Below are positions 7,499 through 15,823 of a stretch of 64,000 bases of DNA, one piece after another. The notes under the pieces are model-generated. The model did not search any database, was not told the origin of the DNA, and saw nothing but the letters and a program-made list of their open reading frames with translations. Every line of letters begins with the position of its first letter. The stretch's first letter is position 1. This DNA is from Gemmatimonadales bacterium (GTDB lineage: Bacteria > Gemmatimonadota > Gemmatimonadetes > Gemmatimonadales > GWC2-71-9), in NCBI GenBank assembly GCA_035637455.1, contig DASPXE010000305.1:3253-67252 (forward strand), read 5' to 3'. The translations under genes and the position numbers were made by a program.

Positions 7499-8830
7499 TC
7501 AGAAGTTGTACTCGAGTCCGGCGGTCCATAGTAGGTTCGGCCGCAGCCCGCCGCGGTTCAGCGGCCACTGCGTGTTCGCGACCAGCGTGATCCCCGCGCC
7601 GGTCGCAAACTTGAACCCGAAGGAGCCGTTGATCTGGTCGTCCCGCTCGGTGGGGATGTTGGTGGGCTCGACCGTACGCCGGAACGGGGCGTCGTACGTC
7701 ACCGTCCCCGGGAGGCGCAGCTTGCTCTCGCCCACCTGAAACTCCGAGACGAGGTCCGCCGCGAGCGTGGCCCAGGGCGCCATCAGGTGATCGAACCCCA
7801 CGGTGGCGAGCACGGCATTGTTCTGGAGATCACCGCTCCGGAACAAGAAGCCGATATTGGCGTGCGGCGAGAAACTGCCGAACCTCGCAGACAGGATGCC
7901 CAGACCCCGGGCCGCGAGGTGCCCCGATCCGAGCAGATCGTCCTCGCTTCCCGTGGGAAAGCGCACGTCACCCAGCAGCGCGAACGTCGTGCGCTCCGCT
8001 TGGGTGACTGTCACCTTCACTCTGGCGGCGATGTCGCCCACGCCCGTCGCGGACCCTTCCACCAGGCGAGAGGTGGAGAGCTGTGGGTCGGCGGGCGTCC
8101 CGCCCCAGAAGTGCGCGGCGGTCGTGCCGCCGAACGGGATGATCTCCGCTTCGCTCGTCCCGTGCAGCGAGGTGGAGACGATCGGCAGGACCACGCCGAC
8201 GTCCACCCGGTCGAGCAGTCCAAAGCTCACGAAGAACGACGTGACGGTCATGTCGAGGTCGAGCGCCAGCCGGACCGCGATCACGTCGTTTTCGAGCATG
8301 GGGACGCCGTACGGGGTGCAGCTCGCGCCGACGATGCTGTCGCAGACGGGGCCGGTGACGTTCTCGTGGGTGAACGTCATCTCGATGCCGTTCAGGCTCA
8401 CGCCCCGCAGCGTCGCGAAATGCAAGTGATTGATGTTGGCGCCGACGAAGACCCGCCCGCGGCCCAACGTCTGGGCGCGCTCGGCGAACACCGGGCCGGG
8501 TGAAACCGAGGTCCGAACCGGCACGCCGCCTTCGAAGCGAAATGTCGAGCCGCCGCTGGTGGCGCTCACCGGGATGTTGGCGACGTTGCCGCTCACCGCG
8601 TTGCTGATGAACGAGATGAGCGAGCCGTTCTCCGCCCGCGCCGCAGGGATGAAATGGTCGGCGTGCAGCTGGATGGCAGCCGGGTTGTTCGGGTCGGCGG
8701 TGCCGCCAAGGAACAGCGGGTCCTTGCCGGCCGAGAAAATGAACAGTTCGGAGATTTTGTCGCGGAGGCCCTGCGCTGCGAGAGGGCTGGTTGCGAGCAC
8801 GAGTCCGACTGCACTCCACACCAAGCGCAT
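7499..8830 (-). CDS. outer-membrane beta-barrel protein (transporter-like), unknown substrate
   Basis: Signal peptide MRLVWSAVGLVLATSPLAAQG. Gly/Ser/Thr-rich alternating pattern. C-terminal ...TAGLEYNF, with the terminal Phe typical of OM barrels. Confidence 0.6.
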   Translation of the reverse strand: MRLVWSAVGLVLATSPLAAQGLRDKISELFIFSAGKDPLFLGGTADPNNPAAIQLHADHFIPAARAENGSLISFISNAVSGNVANIPVSATSGGSTFRFEGGVPVRTSVSPGPVFAERAQTLGRGRVFVGANINHLHFATLRGVSLNGIEMTFTHENVTGPVCDSIVGASCTPYGVPMLENDVIAVRLALDLDMTVTSFFVSFGLLDRVDVGVVLPIVSTSLHGTSEAEIIPFGGTTAAHFWGGTPADPQLSTSRLVEGSATGVGDIAARVKVTVTQAERTTFALLGDVRFPTGSEDDLLGSGHLAARGLGILSARFGSFSPHANIGFLFRSGDLQNNAVLATVGFDHLMAPWATLAADLVSEFQVGESKLRLPGTVTYDAPFRRTVEPTNIPTERDDQINGSFGFKFATGAGITLVANTQWPLNRGGLRPNLLWTAGLEYNF

Positions 8831-8908
8831 AAGCCCTCCGAGATGGTGACGCCAGCCGCCCGGCCTCGAAGAGACGGTGCGAGCGTGGCGGCGTCAAGCG
8901 ATCCGCCG

Positions 8909-8936
8909 TTGACCCGCGGGTTCGGGGCGTTAGCTT
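8909..8936 (+). promoter_or_regulatory. candidate sigma70-type promoter of the pyrR operon
   Basis: TTGACC (8909-8914), 16-nt spacer, TAGCTT (8931-8936). The pyrR ATG is only 11 nt downstream. Confidence 0.45.
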
Positions 8937-8947
8937 CCAGGCTCGAG

Positions 8948-9511
8948 ATGAGCCGGCCCGAACGGACCACCATCCTGGACGCCCGCGCTTTGTCGCGGGC
9001 GCTTCAGCGTATGGCCGTGGAGGTGCTCGAGCTGTCCCATGGGACCGAGGACCTGGTGCTGATCGGCATCCAGCGCCGCGGCGTCGAGCTCGCCGAGCGG
9101 ATCTCCCGGCTGATCGAGAAAGACGAGGGCGTGGTCGTTCCCCGCGGCGCCCTCGACATCACGCTGTACCGCGACGACCTCGAGACCGTCGGCCCCAAGC
9201 CCGTGATCGGCGAGACCCGTATTCCCGGTGACCTCGCCGGCAAACACGTCGTGATCGTGGACGATGTGCTGTATACCGGCCGCACCGTGCGGGCCGCCCT
9301 CGACGAGCTCGCGGACTTCGGCCGGCCCAAGCGGATCTCCTTGTGCGTGCTCGTCGACCGCGGCGGTCGCGAGCTGCCGATTCAGCCCGACGTCGTCGGC
9401 AAGCAGGTGAAGGTGGACCGCGGCGAGCGGGTGGACGTGCTGGTCGAAGAGATCGATGGGAAGGACCAGGTGGAGCTGGTGGCGGGCGCGGACCGGGGAG
9501 CGGGCGCATGA
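8948..9511 (+). CDS. pyrR: bifunctional pyrimidine operon regulator / uracil phosphoribosyltransferase PyrR
   Basis: ORF 8654..9511 trimmed to ATG 8948 ([15 protein letters not shown]). PRPP motif [18 protein letters not shown]. Sits directly upstream of pyrB and pyrC. Confidence 0.85.
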   Translation: MSRPERTTILDARALSRALQRMAVEVLELSHGTEDLVLIGIQRRGVELAERISRLIEKDEGVVVPRGALDITLYRDDLETVGPKPVIGETRIPGDLAGKHVVIVDDVLYTGRTVRAALDELADFGRPKRISLCVLVDRGGRELPIQPDVVGKQVKVDRGERVDVLVEEIDGKDQVELVAGADRGAGA

Positions 9512-10479
9512 CCGCCGCCCTCGGCAAGGACTTGGTGGGGCTCGAGCACCTCTCCCCCGACCAGATCCGCCTCATCCTCGATACTGCCGAGCCGTTCAAG
9601 GAGGTATCGGAGCGTCCTATCAAGAAGGTCCCGGCGCTGCGCGGCAAGACGATCGTCAACCTGTTCTTCGAAGCCTCCACCCGCACCCGCATCTCCTTCG
9701 AGTTCGCCGAGAAACGTCTCTCGGCGGACACCGTGAACGTGGCCGCGTCCGGCAGCGCCGTGCAGAAGGGCGAGACGCTCGTCGACACCGCGAAAAACCT
9801 CGAGGCGATGCGGATCGACATGGTGGTGATCCGCCATCCGTCGTCCGGTGCCGCCCTCTTTCTCGGCAACCGCATCCGCTCCAACGTCGTCAACGCCGGC
9901 GACGGCACGCACGAGCACCCCACGCAGGCACTGCTGGATCTGCTCACGATCCGCGACCGGCATGGGAAGATCGCCGGGCTGAAGGTCTGCCTGGTGGGCG
10001 ACATCCAGCACTCGCGGGTCGCCCGCTCGAACATCTGGGGGCTGTTGAAGCTCGGCGCCGAAGTCGGCGTGTGTGGGCCCGACACGCTGATGCCGCGCGG
10101 CATCGAAGAGCTCGGCGTCTGCCGCTTCCGCCGCATCGAAGAAGCGATCGAGTGGGCCGACGTGCTGAACGTGCTCCGGCTGCAGCTGGAACGCATGGAA
10201 AAGGGATTCATCCCGAGCCTGCGGGAGTACTACCGGGTGTTCGGCGTCACGCTCGAGCGGCTCGACAGGGCGCCGCGCGAGCTCACGATCATGCACCCGG
10301 GACCCATGAACCGCGGCGTGGAGATCGACTCCCGCGTCGCCGACGGGGCGCACAGCGTCATCCTGGCGCAGGTGACGAACGGCGTGGCGGTGCGCATGGC
10401 CGTGCTCTACCTGCTGGCCGGTGGACGCCCCGAGCTCGCCGACGCGGCCAAGGGCCCCGCCGGCGGGACCGCCGAGTGA
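9508..10479 (+). CDS. pyrB: aspartate carbamoyltransferase catalytic subunit
   Basis: ATGA overlap with pyrR. Motifs [42 protein letters not shown]. Confidence 0.92.
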   Translation: MTAALGKDLVGLEHLSPDQIRLILDTAEPFKEVSERPIKKVPALRGKTIVNLFFEASTRTRISFEFAEKRLSADTVNVAASGSAVQKGETLVDTAKNLEAMRIDMVVIRHPSSGAALFLGNRIRSNVVNAGDGTHEHPTQALLDLLTIRDRHGKIAGLKVCLVGDIQHSRVARSNIWGLLKLGAEVGVCGPDTLMPRGIEELGVCRFRRIEEAIEWADVLNVLRLQLERMEKGFIPSLREYYRVFGVTLERLDRAPRELTIMHPGPMNRGVEIDSRVADGAHSVILAQVTNGVAVRMAVLYLLAGGRPELADAAKGPAGGTAE

Positions 10480-11774
10480 CGCGGCCGCTGCTGCTCACGG
10501 GCGGTCGGGTGATCGATCCGAGCCGCGACTTCGACCAGACGACCGACGTCCTCGTCCAGGATGGCAAGGTTGCCGCCATCGGCGCCGGACTCGGCTCCCC
10601 GGACGGCGCGGACGTGCGGGACGTACGCGGGAGGGTGGTCGCCCCGGGCCTGGTAGACGTGCACGTGCACCTGCGGGAGCCGGGGAACGAAGATGTCGAG
10701 ACGATCGCCAGCGGCACCCGCGCCGCGGCGGCGGGTGGGTTCACGGCGGTGTGCGCGATGCCGAACACCGACCCCGTGACGGACAACCAGGCCGCGGTCG
10801 GCTTCATCGTGCGCCAGTCGGTCCGCGCCGGGCTGGCGCGGGTCTATCCGATCGGGGCGATCTCCGTGGGCCAGAAGGGTGAGCAGCTCTCCGAGTTCGG
10901 CGAGATGGTCGGCGCCGGCGCCGTCGCGGTATCGGACGACGGGAAGCCCGTCGTGTCGAGCCACATGATGCGCACGGCGCTCGAGTACGCCCGGAGCTTC
11001 GGGATTCCGGTCGCGGACCATTGCGAGGAGCCGAACCTCTCCGCCGGGGGCGTGATGCACGAGGGCCTCGTCGCGACCCGCCTCGGGCTGAAGGGCATTC
11101 CGGCTGCGGCGGAGGAGATCATGGTGGGGCGCGACCTCCTGCTTGCCGGGCTCACTGGCGGTCATATCCACCTGTGTCACATGTCGACGCGCGGCTCGGT
11201 CGAGCTGATCCGCCGCGCCAAGGAGCAAGGCATCCGCGTGACGGCGGAAGTCACGCCCCACCACCTCACCCTCACAGACCACGCCTGCGAAGGCTACGAC
11301 ACGCACGCCAAGATGAACCCCCCGCTGCGCGAGGCCGCTGACGTGGCCGCGCTGCGGGCGGCCTTGAAGCAGGGCGTGATCGACTGCATCGCCTCTGACC
11401 ACGCGCCGCATGCGTACGACGCGAAGGAGGCGGCGTTCGATGACGCGCCGTTCGGCATCGTCGGCCTCGAGACGGCGTTCGCGGTGGCGTACACCGAGCT
11501 GGTCGCTGCTGGCGTGCTCACGCTCGCGGAGCTCATCGCTCGGATGAGCACCGCGCCGGCTGCCGTGCTCCGGCTCCCCGGCGGCTCGCTCAAGCCGGGG
11601 GCCGCAGCGGACGTCGTCGTGCTGGACCTCACAACACGCTGGACGGTGGACCCCACCACGTTCTTCTCGAAGAGCCGGAACACCCCTTTCGCGGGGCGGA
11701 CCCTGACCGGTCGGGCCGCGCTGACGCTGGTCGGCGGCTCCATCGTGCACGAGGCGGTCGCGGCAACGCCGTGA
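10476..11774 (+). CDS. pyrC: dihydroorotase
   Basis: GTGA overlap with pyrB; the in-frame part of ORF 9456..11774 begins [15 protein letters not shown]. Motifs [23 protein letters not shown]. Confidence 0.9.
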   Translation: MTRPLLLTGGRVIDPSRDFDQTTDVLVQDGKVAAIGAGLGSPDGADVRDVRGRVVAPGLVDVHVHLREPGNEDVETIASGTRAAAAGGFTAVCAMPNTDPVTDNQAAVGFIVRQSVRAGLARVYPIGAISVGQKGEQLSEFGEMVGAGAVAVSDDGKPVVSSHMMRTALEYARSFGIPVADHCEEPNLSAGGVMHEGLVATRLGLKGIPAAAEEIMVGRDLLLAGLTGGHIHLCHMSTRGSVELIRRAKEQGIRVTAEVTPHHLTLTDHACEGYDTHAKMNPPLREAADVAALRAALKQGVIDCIASDHAPHAYDAKEAAFDDAPFGIVGLETAFAVAYTELVAAGVLTLAELIARMSTAPAAVLRLPGGSLKPGAAADVVVLDLTTRWTVDPTTFFSKSRNTPFAGRTLTGRAALTLVGGSIVHEAVAATP

Positions 11775-11811
11775 CTCACTTCGACTTACTGGCAGCTGCC
11801 GGTAATTTACC

Positions 11812-11846
11812 GGTAACTATCGGTCCCTTTGGGTAACTATCGGTCC
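11812..11846. repeat. 15-bp direct repeat GGTAACTATCGGTCC x2 with 20-bp period
   Basis: Exact copies at 11812-11826 and 11832-11846. Preceded by palindromes GGCAGCTGCC (11791-11800) and CCGGTAATTTACCGG (11799-11813). The segment is locally AT-rich. Confidence 0.85.
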
Positions 11847-11857
11847 GTTGCTAGATT
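11829..11857 (+). promoter_or_regulatory. candidate promoter of the 11864 gene (weak -35)
   Basis: TTGGGT (11829-11834), 17-nt spacer, TAGATT (11852-11857). The ATG at 11864 is only 6 nt after the -10 element. Confidence 0.3.
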
Positions 11858-11863
11858 GGTAGC

Positions 11864-12679
11864 ATGCCTAGAGCGCCTTCCAAGAGCACCGAGATCATCC
11901 AGCGCCTGCTGGAGGAGCGGCGCCAATACGAAGCCTGGATCGTGCGCCTGAACGACTCGGCGGACGCGACGCCGGGGCACGTGCGGGCGCGGGTTCGAGC
12001 GGACTACGAGGCGCGGCTCGCCGCCGTGACCGAGGAGCTGAAGGCCCACGCCGAAAGCGCCCGTCAGGCGATCGAGGAAAAGCGGTACCTGCGCGGGGAG
12101 CTCCAGAAGAAGGAAGCCCGCGCTGCGGAGAAGCTCACGGAAACCGAACTGCGCCACGCTGTCGGGGAGTACGACGAGTCGCAGTGGGAACAGGTGCACA
12201 AAGACGTCTTGGCCGAGCTCGTGTCGGTGCGCGAAGATCTTCAATCGGTCGAGGCGGACATCCACAAGCTGCAAGAGCTGGACGCGCTGGTGAGCCACCG
12301 ACCGGCTCCCCCTCCAAAGGCCGCGCCCACCCTCTCCCCGCCGTCACCTCAGCGGCCGCCGCACCCGGGGCCCGAGAAGATCGCGGTAGAGGACGAGCTC
12401 GCGTTCATCAAGTCTGTCACCGAGGACGATAAGTCAGCGCCGTCGGAGCGGCGCGCGAGCGGCGCCCAATTTCAGCCGGTGATCCCGGGTGATCCGCCGC
12501 GCACCCCGATGGCGGGGCCTCGCGCCGCCACGCCGGCACCCGAACCCGTGGTGCCCGAAGCGCCGGACGACGCGGACGAAGAGGCCGCCAAGACGTTGCA
12601 GTGCAGGGAGTGCGGCACGATGAACCTGCCGACCGAATGGTATTGCGAGCAGTGCGGCGCGGAGCTAGCCGCCGTCTAA
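11864..12679 (+). CDS. coiled-coil protein with C-terminal zinc ribbon, unknown function
   Basis: 271-aa ORF. The N-terminal 140 aa are heptad-like (EELKAHAESARQAIEEKRYLRGELQKKEARAAEKL), followed by a Pro-rich linker. C-terminal CRECGTMNLPTEWYCEQCG. Confidence 0.6.
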   Translation: MPRAPSKSTEIIQRLLEERRQYEAWIVRLNDSADATPGHVRARVRADYEARLAAVTEELKAHAESARQAIEEKRYLRGELQKKEARAAEKLTETELRHAVGEYDESQWEQVHKDVLAELVSVREDLQSVEADIHKLQELDALVSHRPAPPPKAAPTLSPPSPQRPPHPGPEKIAVEDELAFIKSVTEDDKSAPSERRASGAQFQPVIPGDPPRTPMAGPRAATPAPEPVVPEAPDDADEEAAKTLQCRECGTMNLPTEWYCEQCGAELAAV

Positions 12680-12700
12680 ACGAAGAACGTCGCGAAAAGT

Positions 12701-12784
12701 CGTCACGAAGAACCGTCACGAGGGGACGTCACGAGACGACGTCGTTTCGTGACGCCTCTTTCGTGACGTCGTCTCGTGACGTCG
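12701..12784. terminator. repeat-built bidirectional hairpin between convergent genes
   Basis: CGTCACGA x3 (12701, 12714, 12727) faces TCGTGACG x3 (12747, 12761, 12774). A perfect 19-bp stem pairs GACGTCACGAGACGACGTC (12726-12744) with GACGTCGTCTCGTGACGTC (12766-12784). No U-tract. Confidence 0.55.
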
Positions 12785-12788
12785 TCTA

Positions 12789-13046
12789 TTACTTGGCGAG
12801 CTTTCGCACTGCTGCCGCGAGCCGGGATTTATGCCGCGCCGCGGTATTCTGATGGATGAGGTTCTTGCGCGCCGCCCGGTCGAGCAGTTGTACCGCCGAG
12901 CGGTATGCCTGCGCCGCTTGGTCGGCGGCCGTCGCCGCGCGCACGCGCTTCAGGGCGGTCCGCAGGGCGGAGCGCTGCGCGCGGTTGTGCTGGGTATGCG
13001 CCCGCGCCTGGCGCATCGCCTTCTTGGCTGACTTGATTCTCGGCAC
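12789..13046 (-). CDS. rpsT: 30S ribosomal protein S20
   Basis: 85 aa, MPRIKSAKKAMRQARAHTQHNRAQRSALRTALK. GTG start with AGGAGG 6 nt upstream. Confidence 0.92.
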   Translation of the reverse strand: MPRIKSAKKAMRQARAHTQHNRAQRSALRTALKRVRAATAADQAAQAYRSAVQLLDRAARKNLIHQNTAARHKSRLAAAVRKLAK

Positions 13047-13070
13047 CGAGGGCCTCCTGGTTCGGGGCGG

Positions 13071-13099
13071 AAGATAGAGGGTAAGTGCTGGTCGGTCAA
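13071..13099 (-). promoter_or_regulatory. candidate rpsT promoter
   Basis: On the reverse strand: TTGACC (13099-13094), 17-nt spacer, TATCTT (13076-13071), followed by a leader with AGGAGG. Confidence 0.55.
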
Positions 13100-13111
13100 G
13101 GCGCTACGCCG

Positions 13112-13141
13112 TTGACCCGGGACGCGCGCATTCGCTATCTT
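13112..13141 (+). promoter_or_regulatory. candidate promoter of the M50-scpAB...mutL array
   Basis: TTGACC (13112-13117), 18-nt spacer, TATCTT (13136-13141). Divergent from the rpsT promoter and uses the same hexamers. Confidence 0.4.
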
Positions 13142-13187
13142 AGGCCGTCACTGACCCCGAGCGTGGGCCATCTCGTTCGAATTCCTC

Positions 13188-13850
13188 GTGTGGGCGCCGG
13201 TGCTGCTGTTTTCGATGGTGGCCCACGAGTACGCTCACGCGGAAGCCGCCTACCGGCAGGGCGACGACACCGCCTACATGCTGGGGCGGCTCACGCTTAA
13301 TCCGCTCAAGCACATCGACCCCTTGATGACGCTGATCGTCCCGTTCCTGCTGTGGCGGATCGGGGCCCCGCCGTTCGGGGCCGCGAAACCGGTCCCCGTC
13401 AATCCGCGCAAGTATCGCCAATTTCGGAGGGGGGACATCATCGTCTCCCTCGCCGGAATCGCGGTGAACCTGGGGCTGTTCGTGGTGAGCACGCTGTTGT
13501 TCGCGCTCGTCGGATTGTTGGGCGGCGCGGTGCCCGCCCTCACCGCTACGCTCGAGATCGTGCAGCGGATGCTGTGGTGGGGAATGTGGCTCAACGTTGT
13601 GCTCGCGTTCTTCAACCTCATCCCCGTACCTCCCTTGGACGGCAGCCACGTGTTCTACTACCTCTTGCCGCCAGGGGCGGGATCGAAGTACCGCCAGCTG
13701 CAGGCGTTGGGGTTCCTCCCGGTGATGGTCCTGGTATGGGCGATGCCGGGCGTGCTGCAGGTGCTGTTGTGGCCGGCCTATCACCTCATGGGGGTCGGCC
13801 TTGCGCTCGTCGGGGGATTCGCGGTGTCTCCGGGAGCGCTTCCTCTATGA
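13188..13850 (+). CDS. site-2 protease family (peptidase M50) membrane metalloprotease
   Basis: HEYAH (HExxH) followed by GRLTLNPLKHIDP. Several TM segments and NLIPVPPLDGSHV. GTG start; the N-terminus looks short for the family. Confidence 0.75.
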   Translation: MWAPVLLFSMVAHEYAHAEAAYRQGDDTAYMLGRLTLNPLKHIDPLMTLIVPFLLWRIGAPPFGAAKPVPVNPRKYRQFRRGDIIVSLAGIAVNLGLFVVSTLLFALVGLLGGAVPALTATLEIVQRMLWWGMWLNVVLAFFNLIPVPPLDGSHVFYYLLPPGAGSKYRQLQALGFLPVMVLVWAMPGVLQVLLWPAYHLMGVGLALVGGFAVSPGALPL

Positions 13851-14587
13851 GCGCGCCCACGGATCCCGTGGTCCAAGAGCAACCCGGCTTCGTCGTCGAG
13901 CTCGAGCAATTCTCGGGTCCGCTCGACCTGTTGTTGCACCTGATCAACGAGGACGAGCTCGACATCACCGACCTCCCGATCGCCAAGATCGCGGACCAGT
14001 TTCTCGCGGTGATCAACGAGCTCGGACTCAACCAGGCGGCCGACTATCTCGAGATGGCGGCCCGGCTGCTCCGCATCAAGGCGCAGCTGCTGCTGCCGCG
14101 GCGGCTGGGGGACGACGAGTGGGAGGATCCGCGGGCCGGGCTGGTGCGCCGGCTGCTCGAGTACCAGCAGATCCGTGAGCTGGTGGACTGGCTGGCGCAG
14201 GCGGCGGCGCGGCGCGCCGAGCAGTTCGGTCGCGGGTTCCGGCCCGAGCCGCCCGAGGCGCCGCCGGCTCCGCTGGTGATCGACCTGAACGACCTGCTCG
14301 CGGCGGCGGAGCGGGTGATCGCGCTCATCCCGGAGCCGGTGCTGCACCGCGTGGTGCCGCGCCCGCTCGACGTCGAGGGCGCCACGGCGCGGATTGAGGC
14401 GCTGCTGGCGGAGCGCGAGCGCTGCGGCTGGCTGGAGGTCGTGGGGGCGCGTCCCTCGCTCGTGGACGTCTTGTCCGCGTTCATCGCGCTGCTCGAGCTG
14501 GCCAAGCGAGGCGCGCTGCGGCTCTCGCAGGACGGGCCGTTCACCCCGATCGTGATCCAGCGTGAGTCCCCTCGCGAAGCTGCTTGA
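13847..14587 (+). CDS. scpA: segregation and condensation protein A
   Basis: ATGA overlap. FSGPLDLLLHLINEDELDITDLPIAKIADQFL and YLEMAARLLRIKAQLLLP are typical ScpA sequences. Confidence 0.88.
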   Translation: MSAPTDPVVQEQPGFVVELEQFSGPLDLLLHLINEDELDITDLPIAKIADQFLAVINELGLNQAADYLEMAARLLRIKAQLLLPRRLGDDEWEDPRAGLVRRLLEYQQIRELVDWLAQAAARRAEQFGRGFRPEPPEAPPAPLVIDLNDLLAAAERVIALIPEPVLHRVVPRPLDVEGATARIEALLAERERCGWLEVVGARPSLVDVLSAFIALLELAKRGALRLSQDGPFTPIVIQRESPREAA

Positions 14588-15110
14588 GGCGGCGCTGTTC
14601 GCGTCGTCCCGCCCGCTGACGGTGGGGGAGCTGTCGACGCTCGAGCCGCACGCCGGCGAGGGCGCGGTCCACACCGGACTCGCCGAGATCCGTGCCGTGT
14701 ACGCCGCCCAGGACCATGGGATCGAGCTCGTGGAGATCGCGCAGGGATGGCAGTTCCTCACCCGGCGTGAGTACGCGGAAGCGATCGATCGCGCCCAGTT
14801 TGCCCTGCGGCCGCGTCGTCTCTCGCCGGCGGCGCTCGAGACGCTCGCGATCATCGCCTATCGCCAGCCGGTGGGACGCGGCGAGGTCGACGAGATCCGG
14901 GGCGTCGATTCGGGCGCCGTGATCGACAAGTTGATCGAGCGGGGGTTGGTGGAGGTGGTGACCCGGGGCGAGGGACTCGGCCGGCCGCTGCTGTACGGCA
15001 CCACCCCGCAGTTCTTGGAGATCCTGGGGCTCAAGGATCTGGACGAGCTGCCGCGGCTCGACGAGCTGTCCGTGGCGCTCCGGCCGCCCGCACCCACCGA
15101 ACCCGAATGA
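14562..15110 (+). CDS. scpB: segregation and condensation protein B
   Basis: GTG start overlapping scpA by 26 nt. LLEAALFASSRPLTVGELS, ETLAIIAYRQPVGRGEVDEIRGV, PLLYGTTPQFLE. Confidence 0.88.
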   Translation: MSPLAKLLEAALFASSRPLTVGELSTLEPHAGEGAVHTGLAEIRAVYAAQDHGIELVEIAQGWQFLTRREYAEAIDRAQFALRPRRLSPAALETLAIIAYRQPVGRGEVDEIRGVDSGAVIDKLIERGLVEVVTRGEGLGRPLLYGTTPQFLEILGLKDLDELPRLDELSVALRPPAPTEPE

Positions 15111-15823
15111 CGCCGATGCGCCTGCAGCGCGCCCTGGCGCGCGCGGGCGTGACGTCGCGCCGCAAAGCCGAGGCGTTGATCCGCGCGGGCCGCGTGCGCG
15201 TGGATGGGCAGCTGGCGACGCTCGGGATGAGCGTCGACCCCGCACGGCAGCGCGTCACGCTCGACGGCCGGGCCGTGCGCCCGGGCCCGATTGCGTGGCT
15301 GGCGCTCAACAAGCCCGTGGGCTACGTCGTGAGCCGCAAGGACCCAGAGGGGCGGCGCACCGTGTTCGAGCTGCTCCCCAAGGTGCCCGGTCTCACGTAC
15401 GTTGGACGTCTGGACGTGATGACCTCAGGGCTGCTGCTGCTGACGACGGACGGGGCAGCGGCGCACCGGCTGATGCACCCGCGGTTCGCCGTGCCGCGCA
15501 CCTACTGGCTGCGGGCCCACGGCCGCAGCGTGGCCGAGGTGACGTCGGCGCTCGGCAGCTCGATCGCGATCGACGGTCGGCCGGTGCGCGTGACGGCCTT
15601 CCGCGTGCGGCCGGTGGCGCGGAGCGTCGAGCTGGAGCTCACGCTGGCCGAGGGACGCCAGCGCATCGTGCGCCGGCTCGCCGAGGCGCTGGGGCTTAAG
15701 GTCGAGTGGCTGCACCGCGTGGCCTACGGGCCGGTGCGGCTCGGGCGCCTGCCGGAAGGGAAATACCGGCGGCTCGCGGGAGGCGAGATCCAAGCCATCG
15801 AGCGACTGCATGGAGCTGCGTGA
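15107..15823 (+). CDS. pseudouridine synthase, RsuA/RluB family, with S4 domain
   Basis: ATGA overlap. S4 region MRLQRALARAGVTSRRKAEALIRAGRVRVDG. Catalytic GRLDVMTSGLLLLTTDG. Confidence 0.85.
   Translation: MTPMRLQRALARAGVTSRRKAEALIRAGRVRVDGQLATLGMSVDPARQRVTLDGRAVRPGPIAWLALNKPVGYVVSRKDPEGRRTVFELLPKVPGLTYVGRLDVMTSGLLLLTTDGAAAHRLMHPRFAVPRTYWLRAHGRSVAEVTSALGSSIAIDGRPVRVTAFRVRPVARSVELELTLAEGRQRIVRRLAEALGLKVEWLHRVAYGPVRLGRLPEGKYRRLAGGEIQAIERLHGAA

Noticed and set aside
12701-12784. Short tandem arrays (here, and at 3611-3700, 27908-27937 and 29441-29576) as possible CRISPR arrays.
   Set aside because: Repeat periods are 7-14 nt with no unique spacers. Arrays have 2-4 units. No cas genes are present.
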